Shown here: piece by piece, positions 1 to 9,546 of the stretch
Position numbering within the stretch: position 1 is the first letter of the stretch
How the letters are laid out: each line of letters opens with the position of its first letter
From: Ginkgo biloba
Taxonomy: Eukaryota; Plantae; Ginkgophyta
Direction: 5' to 3'
Assembly: GCA_024626585.2 (NCBI GenBank)
Contig: JANKJI020000004.1
Coordinates: 59,561,350-59,583,261, forward strand
DNA: 21,912 nucleotides
Made by a program: the position numbers and the translations under genes
Notes under the pieces: generated by a model
The model's input: only the letters and a program-made list of their open reading frames with translations
Databases searched by the model: none
What the model was told of the DNA's origin: nothing

Positions 1-145
1 TAAGTGGCCCTTAAATTAGGGTGCCTAGTTTTAGGGATTTCTAAATCCTATTTGAGGCTATTTTAACCTTATTTTAAGTATACCTTAACCTTAGGCCTTA
101 TTGGAGGCTATGTTTAGGGATCTTTGGTCTTATTGTGTCTTTACA
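1..145 (+). repeat. Probable 3' end of an LTR abutting the gag of element A
   Basis: Non-coding sequence ending GTGTCTTTACA (typical LTR ...TTACA terminus) right where gag similarity begins. No partner LTR or TSD visible. Confidence 0.35.
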
Positions 146-1203
146 CAACATTCAATGCAATCCTATATCACCTCCCTTAATAATAAATATCCTATTAAAT
201 ATGATTAATTTTCATGAGTATCTAAGTGAGGATCCTACTAATCACATAATGGCCTACTACTTTTGGTCAACAATAAATACATACAATGACTCATCAATTC
301 AATTGCATTTATTTTCTAGATCTCTAGTTGTACCTTTAGTTAGGTTATTCATTAATCTACCAAGTTATTTAACCTCTAATTTTGAATATTTGATCATAAT
401 ATTCCTTATATATTTTGAATTTTTAATAAGATAATAAAGTGTGCTTAATGTTCTTATGAAATTAAGATAGGATCCTAGTATGCAGATTACCACTTACATC
501 CATAATTAATGAATGGAGAGAGAATAATATAAAATCCTATGTTGATCCATATCAAGAAACCAAGTGGTTATTAGACATCTTTTTTCCAACTGTTACCTGT
601 TATTTCCTTCTCTTAGTCCTAAAAAATGATGAAGATATAATAAAAAAGAAAAAATTATCAATGTATTTATATCTAGAATAAGGTTAATTCATAACTATAT
701 TTCTAAATCATCTTCATCCCAACCATCCATTGATCATGATATTATCAAAGATGGAGTTATTATAAAATAAATCCCCAATTCTTGTATAAATTATTTTTCA
801 TCAAGTCTCAATNNNNNNNNNNNNNNNNNNNNNNNNNNNNNNNNNNNNNNNNNNNNNNNNNNNNNNNNNNNNNNNNNNNNNNNNNNNNNNNNNNNNACTC
901 AAGAAATAAATGTCAATAAAAAATAACACATTGATAGTGATAATGGAACCCTTACATAAGGGAAAAATATCCCATGAATAAAGTATAAGGGCAATAAAGG
1001 GAATCAGAATAAACAAAAATGAAAAGGCATACAATTCTCCCAAAAATAATAACAATAATAATAGGATAAGTTTAAATGGAATTAATTCTCAAAAGAAGGG
1101 CACTAGCAACAAGATTAGAAAATGATGAAATTTCCATGAAACTAGTGACCATGATCATTCTAAATGTAGGGAAATTCATAGAATCCAATCTATAGTGGAT
1201 TAA
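146..1203 (+). pseudogene. gag: gag remnant (Retrotrans_gag-like core plus C-x2-H-x4-H-x4-C knuckle)
   Basis: ORF 135-434 reads EDPTNHIMAYYFW..N...DSSIQLHLFSRSL...LP...F...FL.YF, then LMKLR*DPSMQITTYIHN. At 1120-1170 K**NFHETSDHDHSKCR is read as a decayed KWCNFH..H..C knuckle. Confidence 0.8.
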
Positions 1204-1800
1204 ATAAAAAAATCAAAACTCCTTACACAACCATCTCCAAATAATAAATTAATGTAGTTGGCTCATGGTCTTAGCATTCNNNNNNNNNNNNNNNNNNNNN
1301 NNNNNNNNNNNNNNNNNNNNNNNNNNNNNNNNNNNNNNNNNNNNNNNNNNNNNNNNNNNNNNNNNNNNNNNNNNNNNNNNNNNNNNNNNNNNNNNNNNNN
1401 NNNNNNNNNNNNNNNNNNNNNNNNNNNNNNNNNNNNNNNNNNNNNNNNNNNNNNNNNNNNNNNNNNNNNNNNNNNNNNNNNNNNNNNNNNNNNNNNNNNN
1501 NNNNNNNNNNNNNNNNNNNNNNNNNNNNNNNNNNNNNNNNNNNNNNNNNNNNNNNNNNNNNNNNNNNNNNNNNNNNNNNNNNNNNNNNNNNNNNNNNNNN
1601 NNNNNNNNNNNNNNNNNNNNCTTTGACCATATTATTCTTAGAGGTATTATATAATTTTCCTTCCTACAGATAACATTTCCTTTCATCATTTGGTGTAATT
1701 GATATAACTATCTCATAACTTATTACATTTAACACACTGAGTATTTAATCATTCTTTTCATTTTCATATCCTCTTTTGATCCACACACTAATTCTTAGTT

Positions 1801-2118
1801 GGAATTTATGCATTGTTTAGTGGATGATGGATTAGCATTGTCAATCATGTCCAATAGTACTTTTTAAAAAGTTAGGTATTACTAATCTTATGCCTAATTT
1901 AGGTACACTCAAATATTATTATGGTCAACAAAATTATCCATTAGGGACTCTCATCACTATTACTTTTGAGTGAAAATTAGTCAATATCGATATTGAAGTT
2001 ATGGACAAACCACTTGAGTATAAACTATTACTTACTAGAAATTAGATTGAGATCATTATAGGATTCATCTCATCTATATTATGAAAAATTCAATTCTCTC
2101 ACAATGGGAAGAGAGTGT
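1801..2118 (+). pseudogene. pol: Aspartic protease remnant of element A
   Basis: HCLVDDGLALSIMS (catalytic D at 1823-1825), then IEVMDKPLEYKLLLTRN*I and QFSHNGKRV, matching the D.G...DY.LLLGR.W pattern. Confidence 0.85.
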
Positions 2119-2776
2119 TTTTCAACTCAAATATGTCCACAACATGCCTCAATCCTATACTGACAAGCATGATTTTCCATTGGTTACTACTCTAAATAGT
2201 TCTTCATAAGGAACTACATTAGCATAAAGTATTTAGTTCTCTAATGTTGCCTCGACATCATATGATTAGTCAAAATATACTTCTTAGGAGAATAAACTCA
2301 TTGGGCCATTCTAAGGATCCTCTTACTCTACATTTATGGTTTCTGCTAGTAGGGATCCTTGTTAATTTTTTCAAGTCTTCATCCCATTAGGTTTATACAA
2401 TTGATGCACTCTGATTAGATTTCTTCACCAATGATGAAGACTTTTTTATATTTTTATGGGGTGAACCTCCTGATTAGGATGTCAACCATCATAAATCTAG
2501 TCAATCTTATTGCTTACATAGAAAAATTTCATTCTCTAGTACTTCCACTAAAGTTTCAACCATAGAAACAAGTGATATCATATCAAAATCAATTACATAT
2601 TTTTCTCTTTTACACCAAGAGCACTAGATTTATTTGAATATGGAAATATTATGCATATTATCCCCATATGGAAGATAAATATCTCTTACTTTAATCAACT
2701 ATAATAAATCACCATAGTTAATGAGTGGACAATCAAGGAAGAATAGTAGATCAAAAAACTATTCTATGAGTACATA

Positions 2777-3719
2777 GATGTATTCACTTGGTCTTACTCA
2801 GAAATGCCTGGAATGGGCCCTAAGGTGGTCACTCATAGTATATTGATATGTCTTGATATTAATCTAATTAGAAAATGTCATATATCTATTAACGCAAACC
2901 TCTTAATGATTATCAAATAAAAGGTTCAAAATATTTTGGACATCCATTTCATATATCATATCTAATATACAAAATGGGTAGCCAATATTATCCCTATATA
3001 AGAAAATAATGACTCAATATGTGTATGTGCTAACTATTAAGACTTGAATAAAGCATTCCCTAAGGATAATTATCTAACTCCATTTGTAGATGAGGTCATT
3101 AATAGAATTGTAGGATATAGAGTTGTCTCTTTTATGGATGGATTTTTAAAATATAATAATATCGTTATATCTAATATTGACAGACCCAAGATAGAATTTA
3201 CAACACCCTAGGCCATGTTTTCTTAAGTTACGTCATTCACGTAGGAATGTAGGTATTAATTTTTAGATGGTAGCAAAATTTTCTTTTAATGACATTATTC
3301 TAGAAGTAGTAACAAATTTCTTGGATAATATTTTGGTTAAATCTAAGAAACATGAGGACCATTTAATACATTTAAGATAGTTTTTTAACCAATTTAAAAA
3401 ATATAGGATAATCTTAAATCCTTTAAAGTCTATTTTATATGTAGTTGTCGATTACCTATTAGGATATATCATCTCCAATTATGGAATTTCCATTGATCCC
3501 AATAAGTTCAAAGAAATTATGAAAATGTTTCCACCGTATAATGTTAAGAAGTTTCATGTTCTTTGGAATAATATCCCCTTTGAATGGTAATATAAGGATC
3601 AAAGTGACTTTAAAGATCTCAAGTTATATCTCATTATTGCACCCATACCATTTGACTTCTCAAAAGATTTCATTTTATATCTCTATGCCTCTCAAATATT
3701 GATAGTGATTTTCTTAACA
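2777..3719 (+). pseudogene. pol: Reverse transcriptase, connection and RNase H N-terminus of element A
   Basis: DVFTWSYSEMPG; KWVANIIP; CVCANY*DLNKAFPKDNYLTPFVDEV; SFMDGF..YN.I; FTTP*; catalytic box decayed to FLDN (3318-3329); LLGYIIS..GISIDP; DFSKDFILYLYAS. Similarity stops at about 3719. Confidence 0.95.
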
Positions 3720-3773
3720 TGGTCCTCCTAAATTAACAAAGGCTGCATTTAAGACATTATCAATGACTACATT

Positions 3774-4260
3774 CTAGATTGGCAGCCTTTTGATTGCACA
3801 TTCAACTATAATTGTAGGCCTTGTCAACATTTGGGATATCTTTTGTGTTTCCTCCAGAGCTTGCGGAATTAAAGCTTCAACCATAATCGAAATGGATGCA
3901 ATCGAAGTAGCCAATTTGACCAAAGTTTCTATTTGCAAAACATGCTTTACTAGGTCACTCAAAGATATACTCCATTGCAAACATCCTACATCCCATCATC
4001 AATCACCTTCCTTTTGTCATTAATCATCTTTCACACATGCACCTCCCAAGGTTGTTTTTGAACATCTAGAGGTGATTACTCTTCTATTTGCAATTCTTGA
4101 ATCAATTGTTGTGCCATCTTTAGTTGTTCCTTTTCAACTTGAAGTTCTAGTTATGCCTTCTTTCCTATGCACTGTGTTTGTACTCTAAAAGTGGGAACAT
4201 TTTCCAAATATTCCTCCCAAATCATATTAGCACATGTTTGCTTAGGGCATGTTTGGTCAG
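3774..4260 (-). pseudogene. Decayed antisense ORF, E/Q/K/L-rich (coiled-coil-like), unknown product
   Basis: The frame from 4258 reads ...IWEEYLENVPTFRVQ..KKA*LELQVEKEQLKMAQQLIQELQIEE*SPLDVQKQPWEVHV*KMINDKRK..., then appears to shift into ORF 3774-3980. Confidence 0.4.
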
Positions 4261-4261
4261 A

Positions 4262-4891
4262 ATTATCCCTAGGACCACATTTTGAATGCATCAAGGGCAC
4301 TACGAATTTTGAGTAATGGCATTTGAACTATGTAACGTCATAATAATGTTTTAGGCAATGATGAATAAAATATTCAAGGAATACTTACAAAAAATTGTAG
4401 GAGCATACCTCAATGATATTATCATCTACAGTGTGACACTCAAGGAGCACATTTCACACTTGGACCACATACTATAGAGATTGAGGGATAATAAGTTATA
4501 TGTGAAACTATCAAAGTGNNNNNNNNNNNNNNNNNNNNNNNNGGACATATCATTTCAAAGGAGGGAGTACAAATAGATAAAATAAAAGTCAAGGCAATAA
4601 TCGAGTGGCCTACACCAAAAATAATACAAAATATCTGAGGATTTCTAGGTTTGGAAGGTTTTTATCGATGATTTGTCAAGAATTACTCAACCATAGTTGC
4701 AGCACTAACAAACCTCATAAAAAGTGATGCAATCAAATGGAATGAAGAGGCAGAGAAATCNNNNNNNNNNNNNNNNNNNNNNNNNNNNNNNNNNNNNNNN
4801 NNNNNNNNNNNNNNNNNNTCATCATCAAATATGATGCATTAACACTTGGGGTAGGAGCAATGCTAATTTAAGAAGGACATCCTGTTACCTT
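4262..4891 (+). pseudogene. pol: Nested chromovirus-type gypsy RT / RNase H fragment
   Basis: IPRTTF*MHQGHYEF*VMAFELCN; YLND (4406-4417) at the YxDD position; KLYVKLSK; GHIISKEGV..D..KVKAIIEWPTP; GFLGL.GFYR*FVKNYS; IIKYDA..LGVGAML.*EGHPV. The HxGHYEF motif differs from element A. Confidence 0.9.
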
Positions 4892-5048
4892 TGTGATGCA
4901 GTCGATCAGTGATTTAAATACACAATGGATTTATGATTCATTTCTAGATCATAGAGTAATTTCCCTCTGTGGTAGAACATACATCCTATGAGTTTCTTGG
5001 CCAATTAGGTAAAGGCGTGCCTCAACTTTTGCTCAGCAACATCCTTGC

Positions 5049-5303
5049 ATCCTAGATGAAAAGGTTCTCCTTTACTCACTGAGGGAGAAAAAAGGATCCA
5101 GGAACATTAAGGAAGGAAGGTGGGCCCCAGGTGCTCACCTGTCTTGGATGAAAAGGCACTCCCTTATTCATTGAGGGAGGAGGAAGATGCCAGGAATGAA
5201 AACATCTATGAAGGAATACCAAGGAAGGTGAGACCTAGTCAAAACCTTGTCCTAAGTAAGGAAACACTACCTTAGTCACTAAGGGAAGAAAAAGGCACCA
5301 GGA
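5049..5303 (+). repeat. Three degenerate ~55-bp cores in the LTR U3 region
   Basis: A motif like TCCTAGATGAAAAGGCACTCCCTTANTCACTGAGGGAG..AAAGG..CCAGGA recurs at 5049, 5141 and 5249. Confidence 0.75.
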
Positions 5304-5387
5304 AGGAAAGGATGGAATAAATTCTACGAACCCAAAAAGATATTGCATGTGTTATAAATAGGAGGAATAAGCCTCAATTATGAATAG

Positions 5388-5615
5388 TGTCTTAGCTAAC
5401 CCAGGAAGGAAGAAGGACCTAAGAAGGAAAGGCAAGGTCCAAGAGGAATCAACCATGGTTACAAATAATATCCTAGCTAACCTAGGAAGGAAAGATGAGG
5501 CTTAGGAGGAATAAGTCTTGGCCATGATAATGTCTTAGCTGACCCAAGAAGGAGCAAGGACCTAGGAAGGAAAGGAAGGGCCTAAGAGGGATAAGTCCTG
5601 GATGCGATAGCCCTA
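5388..5615 (+). repeat. Second degenerate repeat family in the LTR U3 region (3 copies)
   Basis: TGTCTTAGCTAACCCAGGAAGGA..AAGGACCTA(A/G)GAAGGAAAGG at 5388 and 5531, with a shorter copy at 5469. Confidence 0.75.
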
Positions 5616-5728
5616 GATGATGAAGTAAAGGAAAGGAGATCTAGGAAGATCACAAGGATCCTTGACTACAAAATTATTGGGAGTGATAAGGATAAACATT
5701 ATTTTAGTTTTTATGTCAGTTGGATGGT

Positions 5729-5736
5729 TATAAAAA
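5729..5736 (+). promoter_or_regulatory. Candidate LTR TATA box
   Basis: TATAAAAA downstream of the U3 repeats and upstream of a GA-rich R/U5-like tract. Confidence 0.4.
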
Positions 5737-6148
5737 ATGGTTCAACTTCCTTTGATAGTGGAGAAGTTAAAAGGGTCACTCATCCATGGACATTGGGTTG
5801 GATATTTTGGTGAGTGGTAAGAGAGAAGAAGCAAGATACTATGAGAGAGTCCATTGAGGAGAGAAGAGATCCAAACCATTGTTGACCTATAAATTATATA
5901 CAAATCTTTATGATTTTCATCTTGAGATAGAGGCATAGGCATATGAATCTATAATATCTTGTTGAGAGAAAGTTTTAATACTAATCTAGAGTTTTATTCC
6001 CCATGAGGGTTTGTGTAGTTAAAAATCTTGTTCTACCTATGTAAATATNNNNNNNNNNNNNNNNNNNNNNNNNNNNNNNNNNNNNNNNNNNNNNNNNNNN
6101 NNNNNNNNNNNNNNNNNNNNNNNNNNNNNNNNNNNNNNNNNNNNNNNN

Positions 6149-6440
6149 GCACAATTTATTGCATAAGAAAGAATCTAATAAGTTTCAACTCAATTATTCC
6201 ATCATGAAAGAATATTTTCTTGCTCTTTTTCATTCATTTAAGGAATTATGCCATTATCTTTTGAATAGCCATATGCAAATCATGGTTCCACACCACCCCC
6301 TCAAGTACTTACTTCAAAATAATGATCTTTATATAAAAATAATAAGATGGATTATAATACTACAAGAATTAAATTTAGAATTCATAACCACCAAAGCAAT
6401 AAAAGAGAAATCCATAACTAGTCAATTAGTAGATAGTTAT
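6149..6440 (+). pseudogene. pol: RNase H C-terminal part of element A
   Basis: TIYCIRKNL, then after a frameshift QLNYSIMKEYFLAL...KELCHYLL....HHPLKYLL...IIRWIIILQELNLEF (ORF 6159-6479). Confidence 0.9.
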
Positions 6441-6479
6441 TCAAGTATCAATATTAGAGAAGCTATGATTGACATATAG

Positions 6480-7330
6480 TTCCCTAATAAATATATCTTC
6501 TTATTATATTTAAATGATCCTTAGTGTGTGTATATAATTATCTATATATAGACTAAAATATATTGATCCAATATATCAAAATAGGATACAAATTAGATTA
6601 GACAACAAGCTCCTTCTTATATTATCTTGGAAAATACACTTTATGAGTGTGGAGTAGATTGTATTTTACAATGTTGCCTTCATTATTCTAAATCCATTAC
6701 AGTTCTAAATATTTTTTACTTAGGGACATTTGGTGGTAATCAAGATATTAATATGACAACAACTAAAATACTTTAATAATTATACAATTGGCTAACAATA
6801 TTCAAAGATTCTCATTATGTAATCAAGCAGTGTGCCAATTATTAAGTGATCAATTTCAAACAATGATCTCCCCTTATGCCTCTTCAACCATTAGTCTTTA
6901 AAGGCATGTAAAATAAGTGGGGAATTAATTTCATGGAATTCAATCCTCCATCAAGTGACCAACGTAATTATATAATTATTGTTATCGACTATTTCACCAA
7001 GTGGGTGGAAGTTATGCTTGCGAATAGAGATGAAGAGAATACTCCATCCATGTTTATATTTGATCATATAATTTGTATATTTTGTGTCATTTGATAAATA
7101 ATATTTGATTTTAGGTCTCATTTTTTTAATGAAATGATGAAATAACTCTTTCATAAATTTGGGATTGATCATAATATATCATCACCATATTATCCTTAAT
7201 CAAATGGGTAAGTTGAGGTAATTAATAATTTCATCATGTCCATGATGTAATGAATTGTATCTGACCATAATTTCAATTAGCACAATAAATTATACTCATG
7301 TTTATATTCATATAGAATGTTTATGAACTG
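6480..7330 (+). pseudogene. pol: Integrase (HHCC region and core) of element A, C-terminally truncated
   Basis: LY..GVD.ILQCCL; GTFGGN; W.TIFKD....KQC; KWGINFM (6915); IDYFTKWVE (D at 6987); SSPYYP*SNG*VE (YYP at 7188); ends at YSYRMFMN. Confidence 0.92.
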
Positions 7331-7775
7331 ACTTAAATTGATAAAATTCTAATTTGGATATGAAAATTTAAGCTTAACTAAGTTCACACTTTTTTCTAGC
7401 TATGCTATGTTTCCTTAGATATGCATTCCCTTGCATATCCTTATCAATATATTTCCTATCTATCAATATGAATTTTTATTGAAGTTATCTAACACCCTAA
7501 AAAGTGAATATTTTATAATCTTCTATTTATTTGACCACACATGTGAAGAACCTATGGAAAAATCTAGGTACGCAGTAAGAGAGGAATCTAAGAATCTAAC
7601 TTAGATGAATTATGATATATATATATAGCATATAGATTCATATAATATTAAAAAATAATATAAGTAATCTCTTAANNNNNNNNNNNNNNNNNNNNNNNNN
7701 NNNNNNNNNNNNNNNNNNNNNNNNNNNNNNNNNNNNNNNNNNNNNNNNNNNNNNNNNNNNNNNNNNNNNNNNNNN

Positions 7776-8479
7776 CCATAGCCTCACTAAGGGATTGTAA
7801 AATGTACATTTTGCTTCAATGAGTCTACTCGAAGGGATCATTAAATATGAATGTGACAAAATTAGTTATAGTTTAGGTTTATCTATATTTAGAGAAGTTC
7901 CAAACTAGGTTGTCTTTTCCAACAAAAACCTAACAATACCTAAACCTGAACTGTTACCTAGACCATATAGAACCCTAATCTAAAATATACATGCATTAAA
8001 CATATAGTCACTAAGTAGAAAGCACATAGAATACACCCTAACAAACTCATTCAACACATAACAAACCATAATATTCCTAATAAATATAGAGAATCAGACC
8101 ATAATAAGGACTTGAACTCAGGTGCTACTATAATACCATGAAGAAATATGAAAAATCATAATAAAATATATAAAACCATTATGAGAAAATAGACAAGGGT
8201 GAATTAAAAAAAACTAAATAAATAAAACCAATCATGAAATAATATATTGGATAAGTATTAAAGATATAGTTTCAAAAGGCACCGAGAATGAGTTCATCTC
8301 CATTAAACATAAAACTCCAATATATACATTACAAATGACTCTATGTTTCAACTTCCATTTGACCCTTGATATTACACATATAAAATTTACTTTTCAACAC
8401 ATTCTTGTAAATTTAATATCACTAAATATTAAAAGTAAACCCTATAACATTCAAGGGGGTTCTTAGCACCCAGGTTACA
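7776..8479. repeat. LTR-like non-coding segment
   Basis: A-rich non-coding tract ending CCCAGGTTACA at 8479 (TGTAACC on -), where composition changes abruptly. Confidence 0.35.
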
Positions 8480-8844
8480 TAGTCAACCATACGACCATAA
8501 CACTAAAACCTTGGGGGCAGATTCCAAAAATAGTTACAAAAGAATTAAATTTCAAATTAAACATTTGTAACCTAAAAAAACTTTGAACTTTTGTTGTGCC
8601 TTTGCATTTGTCGCTTGCGGCCGTCGCTTATGCAATTTCTCCATTGGTTTATGCAAAAGAGATCCGCCATGGTTGCAAATCGATCCCCATCCATGGATGT
8701 CACTACAAATCAATCCCCATGGTTGTCGTACTATTCCAAACATCTGCCAAGGACTTGCAACCCCCAGGTGGCTTCTATGACTGGAAATTGCTCTAATTTC
8801 TACTAATGATGACCGCTACAACGTTACAAACAAAATGCCAAACA
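8480..8844. repeat. CpG-retaining LTR-like fragment abutting integrase B
   Basis: Ends CAAAATGCCAAACA (TGTTTGGCATTTTG on -) where integrase similarity stops. Contains short CCATGG and CAAATC(G/A)ATCCCCA repeats. Confidence 0.4.
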
Positions 8845-9506
8845 TAACATAGTATGCCAATCACATTAATTATCATTCACAGTCCTTTTTAGAATTTTGA
8901 TGAGGCTTTTATTTGTCAATTTTTCTAAACCATTAACTTGAGGGTAATAGTTCAAAGAGGGAGTTAACAAAATCCCATAATTATTGCAAAATTCAATCAT
9001 CTCGATTGACACAATTACATTTCCATTATCTGACACGATCCTATTTGGGACCCAAAATTTGATAGAATATTTTTCTCTAAGAATTGGATGAATTGATTGC
9101 ATTATGATTTCATTAGAGGAATATCTTTTGCCCATTTAGTGAGATAATCACTAGCCATTAAAATATATGCATGTCCTTTGCTTGAAAGAGGATTAATAAG
9201 ACTGATGAAATCTAAGCCCCATTAGGTGAAAGGTTCATCGATGGCAATTAGTTGTAATGCATAGGTGCCATATTTTCTTTTCTTATAAAATTTTGGCATG
9301 GTATAGAAGCTTAGACCAATTTGTGGGTGTCTCAAAAATAGATTGGCTAGTAGAACCTTGCCTGGAGGACTTTGTAAGTTGTGGCTTGAGAAGCATAGTG
9401 GCCTTTGCAAACTCCTAAATGAAATTCTTTTAGCATCATTTAAGCTTGTTTTTCCCTAATACACCTTAGTAGTATACCATCATGACTAATTTTGAATAAT
9501 ATTTTN
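8845..9506 (-). pseudogene. pol: Element B: gypsy (OTA-like) integrase fragment, HHCC and core
   Basis: LLRCI....MLKEFHLGVCKGHY...KVLQARFY*P; PCQ; EPFT*WGLDFI (WGLDF at 9221-9207); DYLTKWA; ORF 8866-9135 VPNRIVSDNG...YGI...NYYPQVNGLEKLTNK; then DWHTML. Confidence 0.92.
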
Positions 9507-9546
9507 NNNNNNNNNNNNNNNNNNNNNNNNNNNNNNNNNNNNNNNN

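Larger units (their letters stand above)
4892..6048 (+). repeat. LTR (or most of one) inserted in the chromovirus RNase H; 3' end lost in the gap
   Basis: Begins TGTGATG exactly where RH coding stops. U3-like purine-rich repeats, TATAAAAA at 5729, and a U5-like tail TTTTATTCCCCATGAGGGTTT..AAAAATCTTG just before the gap. Confidence 0.7.
146..7330 (+). mobile_element. Element A: decayed Ty3/gypsy non-chromovirus (OTA, Athila/Tat-like) internal region, interrupted by nested insertions at about 3720-6148
   Basis: gag, PR, RT, RH and INT remnants lie colinearly on + in gypsy order. RT motifs DVFTWSY.EMPG and DLNKAFPKDNY.TPF are OTA-type. Its own LTRs are not visible. Confidence 0.9.

Noticed and set aside
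1-120. TTTAGGG-like motifs as telomeric repeats
   Set aside because: Only isolated, non-tandem occurrences within LTR-like DNA.
6951-7172. Minus-strand 73-aa ORF; likewise 11072-11293
   Set aside because: Antisense shadows of + strand integrase and gag/PR remnants.
7615-7627. (AT)6 microsatellite
   Set aside because: Too short to be notable in AT-rich DNA.
8701-8710. CACTACAA as a CACTA transposon terminus
   Set aside because: It lies inside a short internal repeat, with no matching opposite TIR or transposase seen.
8552-8806. Four overlapping short ORFs as a compact gene cluster
   Set aside because: Explained by locally higher GC; no recognisable domain.
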